Shown here: piece after piece, positions 25,853-32,000 of the stretch
Layout of the letters: each line of letters begins with the position of its first letter
Numbering within the stretch: position 1 is the first letter of the stretch
Assembly (NCBI GenBank): GCA_000091165.1
Contig: FP565575.1
Coordinates: 2,460,001-2,492,000 of the forward strand
Origin: Candidatus Methylomirabilis oxygeniifera
Lineage (GTDB): Bacteria > Methylomirabilota > Methylomirabilia > Methylomirabilales > Methylomirabilaceae
DNA: 32,000 nt
Direction: 5' to 3'
Made by a program: the position numbers and the translations under genes
Notes under the pieces: generated by a model
Database searches by the model: none
What the model was told of the DNA's origin: nothing
What the model saw: only the letters and a program-made list of their open reading frames with translations

Positions 25853-27969
25853 CCCGACACCGTCACCCTTACCTGCCCCCTCCACTCCTCACCAGGATTG
25901 AGATCGAGATCCCAGGTGGGCATGGCAGCCACTCCTTGCACTGTTCGTTCGTACCCATCCTCCGATTGCGAGACCGTTGCAACCAGGTGGCTGTACAGGG
26001 CGGCGGGATGATCGAGTTCAATGCGAAGCTGAGAGCCTGACTCCAGAGCGGACAGGGTGAACTCTTCGACTCCCGCTATAGAGATCGGGAAGTCGAGCGA
26101 GATGTGCCGGTCGCCCAGCGTGATAAACGATCGGCCCAAGGCAAGACCGAGTAGGAAGAAGTTCAACTCTACCCCAAAGCGGATGCGCAGGTGATCACTT
26201 CCCTGATTCGTCATCCGGTAGGATACGGTCAAGCCTCGATCATCTGCGAAGGTGTATTCCTTTCGTAGGAAGAGCGGGTGATTCGGCTCATGGTTCGTTC
26301 GAACTCGCCCCAATCGAGTGATCGCGACGCCGGTAGCCGTGTGCTGCCAGTCCCAGTCCCCATTGACAAAATCCCCCCGTTCATCCAGGTGGCCTGAAAC
26401 CCAGGCAGCCAGGGGATCAGGTTCCGCAAAAAAATGGTCGAGGAACGCTGCGCGTTCCCATTGATCGCAGCAAAGCCCCTCCACAAGATCGGTTGACGCC
26501 GCTCGCTGCAGGTCGTGAATCCCAGGGATCCCCTCGGGTGTCTGCCCTTCGGGTTGCGCTGCCGCGCGCCTGATCGCATCGTGATAGGTCTCCGGACGGC
26601 GCGTGAGGGTATTGAGGAGGTTCACCTCCCCGGCGAAGTCTGTCCACTCCACCAGCCGACCGCCGCGATGCGGCTGAATTTGGGCCGAGAGACGGCTGTT
26701 CGAGACCCAGACCTCCGGTGACCCGTCGCAATCAAGATCGGCCGACTCAACCTTGAGCTTCTGGCGACGGCGGATGAACGCCTCAGCGCGCGCCAAATGT
26801 CGCCAAATCTCATGCCGCAAATGGGGCAGATACAGGCCGCCGAATATCCCGTGCCAGTAGCTGTCGTTACACTGAGCCGCAAAGAGCTCAAGCCTGGCTT
26901 GCGTGGCCCCATGCCCCCCAGGCAGCAGTCGACTCAGCGCCAGCCCCTTCTTGTGGGCCCGGTTCGCCTCGGGATATCGGACCAGGAAATGCTTCCAATG
27001 CCCTCCGTGCAGATGCGGCATGAACCGATCGACATCGGAGCCGAGACGACCCTTCAGCTCCTCAAACCGTCGCCCCCCGTCCGGTCCGAGCGCCCATTCT
27101 TCCATCTCGACATAGGAGCAGGTAGGGAGGTAACAGAGTCCGGCGGGATGAACGTCCTCCAGCGCCTCGCTCACCGTCTGCGATACGAGCCAGTCGTCTG
27201 CACCTTCAAGCAGGTCCAGGAACCCCTTCAGCCATCCGTCGTCGTAGACCCACTTTGCCGTCCCGGGCCAGCCGCCGAACTTTTCACCATCGTCGGCAGC
27301 GATGGCCAGCCGCCCGCCAATCTGTGCGATCCAACGCAGGTGCGCCTCAATCTCCTCCGGCGGGCGAAACGGGATCAGGTACCGGAGCCGCTTATCGATC
27401 GGGAAGATGGCCAGCGGCTCGCCCTCGGCTTCGGTGAGATAATAGTCGTGCAGCCGATCGGCCTCAAATCCTGACGTGAGAAACGCCCGGTCATCCATCA
27501 GGACATAATCGACCCCTGCCCCCACAAGGGACGGGATGATCGCGCTGTCCCAGATCCGTTCGGTCAGCCACAGACCGCGCGGGCGGACACCGAAACGAGA
27601 CCGGATACGCTCGCTCATCAGCGTAATCTGGGCGATGCGATCCTCATGTGGAATGGCCGCCAGGATCGGCTCATATAACCCTCCAGACAGGAGTTCAAGT
27701 CGACCGCGCTGGACCAGTTCACCGATGAGATCGAGGTAATCCGGGGCTCGGCGCTCCAGCCATAGCAGAAGCGGCCCACTCAGGTGCAGGCTGAATTTAA
27801 GCGTGGGTCTACTATAGATGGCCCCAAGGAGAGGTCGGTAGGCCCTATCCATCAGCGTCTGGATTACCTCATCAAAATTGCCCAGCGGCTGATGGTTGTG
27901 TAGGACAAGCAAGAAACGGAGCTTGCCCTGACCGCTGTCGAAGGATCTCACGACTGGTTTCTTTGTCAT
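25849..27969 (-). CDS. GH57 family 4-alpha-glucanotransferase/alpha-amylase
   Basis: KLRFLLVLHNHQPLGNFDEVI, GLWLTERIWDSAIIPSLVGAGVDYVLMDDRAF, GEKFGGWPGTAKWVY and a C-terminal DUF1926-like region. Start chosen at MTKKPVV. Confidence 0.93.
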   Translation of the reverse strand: MTKKPVVRSFDSGQGKLRFLLVLHNHQPLGNFDEVIQTLMDRAYRPLLGAIYSRPTLKFSLHLSGPLLLWLERRAPDYLDLIGELVQRGRLELLSGGLYEPILAAIPHEDRIAQITLMSERIRSRFGVRPRGLWLTERIWDSAIIPSLVGAGVDYVLMDDRAFLTSGFEADRLHDYYLTEAEGEPLAIFPIDKRLRYLIPFRPPEEIEAHLRWIAQIGGRLAIAADDGEKFGGWPGTAKWVYDDGWLKGFLDLLEGADDWLVSQTVSEALEDVHPAGLCYLPTCSYVEMEEWALGPDGGRRFEELKGRLGSDVDRFMPHLHGGHWKHFLVRYPEANRAHKKGLALSRLLPGGHGATQARLELFAAQCNDSYWHGIFGGLYLPHLRHEIWRHLARAEAFIRRRQKLKVESADLDCDGSPEVWVSNSRLSAQIQPHRGGRLVEWTDFAGEVNLLNTLTRRPETYHDAIRRAAAQPEGQTPEGIPGIHDLQRAASTDLVEGLCCDQWERAAFLDHFFAEPDPLAAWVSGHLDERGDFVNGDWDWQHTATGVAITRLGRVRTNHEPNHPLFLRKEYTFADDRGLTVSYRMTNQGSDHLRIRFGVELNFFLLGLALGRSFITLGDRHISLDFPISIAGVEEFTLSALESGSQLRIELDHPAALYSHLVATVSQSEDGYERTVQGVAAMPTWDLDLNPGEEWRGQVRVTVSG

Positions 27970-27990
27970 ATTCCGACGACCTGTAAAAAA

Positions 27991-28030
27991 TCCCCCCAAC
28001 TCCCCTTTGGTAAAGGGGGGCAAGGGGGGA
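27991..28030. repeat. Nested inverted repeat of the dispersed GGGGGGATTT type, or a hairpin
   Basis: tcccccc aact cccctttggtaaagggg ggcaa gggggga in the glgB-GH57 intergenic gap. Confidence 0.7.
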
Positions 28031-28075
28031 TTTGCCTCGCACGTCGCACCTTGCACCTCGTTCTCATGCGGAACC

Positions 28076-30295
28076 CTACGTGGATGCGGGCTTGAGAATC
28101 AAGCCGCCTAGCGGAGGGATGGTGAGAAGCAATGAGAACGGTCGTCCGTGACCCGGGATCGGCTCTGCTTCGACGCCGCCGCCATTCCCGAGATTGCTGC
28201 CACCATAGATCGCAGCATCTGAGTTCAGGATCTCCACATAGTAGCCCCCGGTCGGTACGCCGATGCGATAGTCGTGTCGCGGGACGGGGGTGAAGTTACA
28301 GACCACGATCATGAAGTCATCCGGATTCCTGGCGCGCCGCAAGAACGAGACGATGCTCCCCTGCCAGTCATGGCAGTCGATCCACTCGAATCCGTGCGGA
28401 TCAAAATCGACCTCGTGTAGAGCCGACTGGCATCGGTAGAGCTGGTTCAGGTCCCGCACGAGCCTCTGCAACCCTTGATGGTGAGGACCTTCTGCCAGAA
28501 GGTGCCAATCCAGGCTCTGGTCGTGATCCCACTCGCGCCATTGACCGAACTCTCCTCCCATAAACAGAAGCTTCTTGCCGGGATGTCCATACATAAAGAC
28601 ATAGAAAGATCGCAGGTTGGCGAACTTCTGCCAGGTATCACCCGACATCTTGCCGAGGAGTGAGCCTTTCTCGTGTACCACCTCGTCGTGGGAAAGGGGC
28701 AGGACGAAGTTCTCAGTGAAAGCATAGAGCAGACCAAAGGTCAGGTTGTTGTGGTGGTAGCCTCGATGGACCGGGTCGAGCGTCATGTAGCCCAGCATGT
28801 CATGCATCCATCCCATGTTCCACTTCAACCCAAAGCCGAGTCCGCCCACGTAGGTTGGGCGCGAGACCTGGGGCCACGCGGTCGATTCCTCAGCAATGGT
28901 TATCACGCCAGGATGGCGCTCGTAGACCAGTTCGTTGAAGCGCTTCAGGAAGGCGACCGCCTCCAGATTCTCATGCCCCCCGTAGATGTTAGGAACCCAC
29001 TCGCCGGGCTGACGCGAGTAGTCCAGGTAGAGCATCGAGGCCACCGCGTCTACCCGCAGACCGTCCAGGTGATAGCGTTCAAGCCAGAAGAGCGCATTGC
29101 CCAGCAGGAAGTTGTCCACTTCCTTTCGGCCGTAATTGAAGATGAGCGTACCCCACTCGCGATGTTCGCCCTTACGAGGATCTTCATGCTCATAGAGGCA
29201 GGTCCCGTCGAAGTAGACCAGCCCGTGCGGGTCACGAGGGAAATGGGAGGGGACCCAGTCAAGGATTACGCCGATCCCGCGCTGGTGCAGGTGATCTACG
29301 AAGTACATGAAGTCGGTCGGCGTTCCATACCGGCAGGTTGGCGAGAAGTAGCCGATGGTTTGGTACCCCCACGAGCCGTAAAACGGGTGCTCCGTAATCG
29401 GAAGTAGTTCGACGTGCGTGTACCCCATCTCCGTCGCGTAATCGGCAAGCCGGTGAGCCAGCTCCCGGTACGTCAGACAGCTATGCCCTTCCTCAGGCGA
29501 CCGCATCCAGGAGCCCAGATGCACCTCGTAGATCGCGACCGGTCGCTCAAGCCAATTCTGATGCGCTCGCGCGTCCATCCACGACGCATCCCCCCACCGG
29601 TAGGCATCGATGCTGAACACGCGCGAAGCGGTTCGGGGTGACGGCTCGAAGGCGAAGGCGAACGGATCGGCTTTGAGGGCGAGCGGCTCGCCGGATTGCG
29701 ACTTGATCTCGAATTTGTACAGGGCGTTCTCCGTGAGAGAAGGGATAAAGAGATCCCATATGCCGTTGCCGGGATGGTTTCGCATCGGATGGCACCGGCC
29801 ATCCCAGCGATTGAAGTCTCCGACGACGCTGACTCTTCTGGCGTTGGGGGCCCAGACCGCAAAGCGGACCCCTGGTACGCCGCCGAGGGTCATCAGATGA
29901 GCCCCCAACTTTTCATAGTTTCTGAGGTGACTGCCCTCGCCCAACAGGTACAGGTCATAGTCACTCAAGGTCGGAGGAAAACGGTACGGGTCTTCAATCT
30001 CGTATCCCTGTCCCTGCCGATCTACGACACGCAGTCGATAGGGAAAGAGGCCGTTCCGCGTCGGAACGACGACCTCGAAGAGACCGTCCGGGTGTACCAA
30101 CTCCATGGGCCGGTCCTTGATCTCGCCATCGGCATGGACGACCATTGCCTCCCGGACATCCGGGAGGAAGGCGCGCACGACGACGCATGGCTCTGCGGCG
30201 ATGGGTACCTCATGCGGGCCCAGTACGGCGAACGGATCGCCGTGCTCACCCCGGACAATCGCCTCGATCACCTCAGCAGCAAGACTGGAAAGCAT
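28076..30295 (-). CDS. glgB: 1,4-alpha-glucan branching enzyme
   Basis: 739 aa. [70 protein letters not shown] and [23 protein letters not shown]. Confidence 0.98.
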   Translation of the reverse strand: MLSSLAAEVIEAIVRGEHGDPFAVLGPHEVPIAAEPCVVVRAFLPDVREAMVVHADGEIKDRPMELVHPDGLFEVVVPTRNGLFPYRLRVVDRQGQGYEIEDPYRFPPTLSDYDLYLLGEGSHLRNYEKLGAHLMTLGGVPGVRFAVWAPNARRVSVVGDFNRWDGRCHPMRNHPGNGIWDLFIPSLTENALYKFEIKSQSGEPLALKADPFAFAFEPSPRTASRVFSIDAYRWGDASWMDARAHQNWLERPVAIYEVHLGSWMRSPEEGHSCLTYRELAHRLADYATEMGYTHVELLPITEHPFYGSWGYQTIGYFSPTCRYGTPTDFMYFVDHLHQRGIGVILDWVPSHFPRDPHGLVYFDGTCLYEHEDPRKGEHREWGTLIFNYGRKEVDNFLLGNALFWLERYHLDGLRVDAVASMLYLDYSRQPGEWVPNIYGGHENLEAVAFLKRFNELVYERHPGVITIAEESTAWPQVSRPTYVGGLGFGLKWNMGWMHDMLGYMTLDPVHRGYHHNNLTFGLLYAFTENFVLPLSHDEVVHEKGSLLGKMSGDTWQKFANLRSFYVFMYGHPGKKLLFMGGEFGQWREWDHDQSLDWHLLAEGPHHQGLQRLVRDLNQLYRCQSALHEVDFDPHGFEWIDCHDWQGSIVSFLRRARNPDDFMIVVCNFTPVPRHDYRIGVPTGGYYVEILNSDAAIYGGSNLGNGGGVEAEPIPGHGRPFSLLLTIPPLGGLILKPAST

Positions 30296-30483
30296 TTATG
30301 TAATCTCCTGTATCTTGGGCAACGCTGCCCAAAGATAACACCATCCCTCCTTCATTTCAATCGCGGTTGCGTGGTGGCATGATCTAGAGGAATCCAAGGA
30401 TGGCGGAAAGGCAGAAAGGAAAGCAATCGGCGCTCCTTGCGAGCGCACCTTCTGCTTTAGCCAAAAGAGTTCACGGGTGGCCA

Positions 30484-30526
30484 AGAAAAAAGAAAAGGCG
30501 ACTCGCGTAGGTGAAGCCGCCTTTTC
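30484..30526 (-). terminator. Rho-independent terminator for the small exported protein gene
   Basis: Minus strand GAAAAGGCG...CGCCTTTTCTTTTTT: 9-bp stem followed by a T-rich tract. Confidence 0.75.
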
Positions 30527-30545
30527 CTGGCTGTTTCGCGTCGGC

Positions 30546-30872
30546 TCAGCCGCCGGCCGGAAGCCTCGTGATGGACTCAGCGAAGGCCTTCCAGTCGCCA
30601 GCCTCATGATAATTAACAGGTGAGAAATCACTAAGGAAACTGTGTGTCGCGACTTCCACCATGTCACCCGGCTTAAGATTAGCCAGCGCCATTGTAGCCC
30701 GGTCGATGGCCGTGAAGGTCACCGGAAACCCCGAAACATTTATTGTCAGTTCCTGCCAGGAGGGGTTTACCGCGATCACCTCACCGGTGATCATATGTAG
30801 CGCCGACGCCGTGCCGGCAAAGGACACCACTGCTAGAAAAGCGATAAAAGCCACCAACACTTTTCTCGACAT
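30546..30872 (-). CDS. Small exported protein of unknown function
   Basis: Signal peptide MSRKVLVAFIAFLAVVSFAGTASA, then a roughly 85-aa mature domain (MITGEVIAVNPSWQELTINVSGFPVTFTAIDRATMALANLKPGDMVEV). Followed by a terminator. Confidence 0.8.
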   Translation of the reverse strand: MSRKVLVAFIAFLAVVSFAGTASALHMITGEVIAVNPSWQELTINVSGFPVTFTAIDRATMALANLKPGDMVEVATHSFLSDFSPVNYHEAGDWKAFAESITRLPAGG

Positions 30873-31040
30873 GACCGATTCACCTCCTTCTGTATTTACC
30901 GTAGGTCGCAAACCAGGTCACGTCAAGGGCTGTACAAAAAATGAGTCGGGTGGAGGGCATTGTACCGGTACATTGTGATGCCCAATGTATTGATGTTACG
31001 TCCTTCTTCCTGTATGTTCTTCCTGGGGAGTTAACAGCAA

Positions 31041-31430
31041 ATGGTACAGCCACTCACCATGACGGTTTCAGATACAGGGACGACCGATCTGGATGGCTTG
31101 AACGTGGCCCAGCAGGCGGCGGTCACGCACGGCGATGGCCCGTTGCTGATCATTGCGGGCGCCGGGACGGGGAAGACCACGGTGATCGCGCGCACCGGAT
31201 CGCCCACCCGATCAACAGCAGGCGAGTCCGGCCGGAGCAGGTGCTGGCGCTGACCTTTACCGAGAAGGCGGCGGCGGAGATGGAGCGGCGTGTCGACCTG
31301 CTGGTTCCGTACGGCTTCACCGATACCTGGATCTCCACCTTTCACGCCTTTGGAGACCGCGTGCTTCGGGAGCACGCCCTGGTGCTGGGGCTGAGTCCGG
31401 ACCGAGGCTGCGATGTTCGTCGGTTGCCCC
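31041..31430 (+). pseudogene. Frameshifted, truncated N-terminal fragment of a UvrD/PcrA-type helicase
   Basis: LDGLNVAQQAAVTHGDGPLLIIAGAGTGKTTVIAR in one frame, then RIAHPINSRRVRPEQVLALTFTEKAAAEMERRVDLLVPYGFTDTWISTFHAFGDRVLREHALVLGL in another. No downstream helicase motifs. Confidence 0.88.
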
Positions 31431-31437
31431 GCCGGAG

Positions 31438-32000
31438 TCATCCCACAGCCTCCAGATAGGGGCGGATCAGTGTCACGCGGTCCACCGGAGCGAAGCGCCA
31501 GACGGCCTCCAGGCGTTTAGGGTACATCCTCCGGTAGTCGCGCAGCGCCTCGATGGCGACGTCGATGCCGATCTTGTTGCGGAACTTGAAACAGTCCGCG
31601 ACGGTCTTGGCCGCGCTGAACACCCGTACCGTCACGCCGGAGATGCGGTGCTCCTCCACCCCTTCCAGCAACGCGGGGCCTGACAGGTAGAACAGCCGCA
31701 GGGGAGGCTGCTCCAGTCGCGGCCTCCACGCTTTGCGGTCGATCGCCATCCAGATCTCGAACGGGTTCTGCGTGGTAAGCCCGTGAAAGCGCAGTGCCAA
31801 CAGTAGGCAGAGGACGCCCACAGGCACGCGGCGCGCGACCTCTACGAGATGCTGTCGCTCCGTTACGGGGGCACCCGGGAGCCGGTAGAGACCGCGCCCC
31901 ACCCGCTCGAGCAGTCCCCTATCCAGCAACCGGCGTAGTTGTATTCTCGAGACGCCAACGCGCTCAATGTCCCGGGAGCGCGCGATCCCAACTCGCTGCA
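31438..32000 (-). CDS. AbiEi-family (type IV TA antitoxin-like) regulator, 5' end beyond the window edge
   Basis: Frame stays open to the window end: QRVGIARSRDIERVGVSRIQLRRLLDRGLLERVGRGLYRLPG...ISGVTVRVFSAAKTVADCFKFRNKIGIDVAIEALRDYRR. Confidence 0.78.
   Translation of the reverse strand, partial: QRVGIARSRDIERVGVSRIQLRRLLDRGLLERVGRGLYRLPGAPVTERQHLVEVARRVPVGVLCLLLALRFHGLTTQNPFEIWMAIDRKAWRPRLEQPPLRLFYLSGPALLEGVEEHRISGVTVRVFSAAKTVADCFKFRNKIGIDVAIEALRDYRRMYPKRLEAVWRFAPVDRVTLIRPYLEAVG

Noticed and set aside
27970-28056. Upstream start of the GH57 ORF (MQGATCEANPPLPPFTKGELGGFFTGRRN...)
   Set aside because: The extension is translation of the GGGGGG/AAAGGGG inverted-repeat element. The MTKKPVV start at 27969 fits the family better.
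28447-29407. Plus- and minus-strand ORFs (96 and 244 aa) inside glgB
   Set aside because: Overlap a strongly supported branching enzyme and have no family signatures.

Overview
This 32 kb GC-rich bacterial window combines housekeeping genes with an accessory block and several recombination scars. No databases or tools were used. Housekeeping content: DNA polymerase III alpha (dnaE), tldD/pmbA, a MutY-type glycosylase followed by an overlapping Nudix ORF, peptide deformylase, a PduO-type cobalamin adenosyltransferase, an OmpR-type two-component pair, an MscS channel, a GH57 glucanotransferase/amylase and glgB. TA-type genes: HepT/MntA (0.07-0.73 kb), HigBA (23.3-23.9 kb), a VapC C-terminal remnant (24.1-24.2 kb) and an AbiEi-like gene running off the right edge. 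The most interesting region is about 11.5-19.4 kb. It holds a 785-aa minus-strand protein that appears to combine an N-terminal PD-(D/E)xK-like nuclease segment, a central DGQHR motif of the DndB/DpdB type and a C-terminal HEPN-like Rx4H motif. This gene is translationally coupled (8-bp overlap) to a Dam-family adenine methyltransferase and sits near an HNH-type protein. The pair is a candidate non-canonical modification/defence module. Other findings: (i) a diverged duplicate of the last 93 bp of dnaE lies beyond an inserted seven-blade PD40 propeller gene. (ii) An unrelated HTH antitoxin and a TPR protein 1 kb apart share a C-terminal peptide, DG(E/D)D(S/N)ASLEQL(Q/H)TLQG. (iii) Two 55-bp direct copies of a promoter-like module (conserved upstream box plus TTGYCC-N16-TATAAT on the minus strand) bracket the accessory block. 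(iv) A group II intron domain V/VI remnant lies directly 3' of the methylase. (v) A frameshifted, truncated UvrD-like helicase fragment abuts the AbiEi-like gene.
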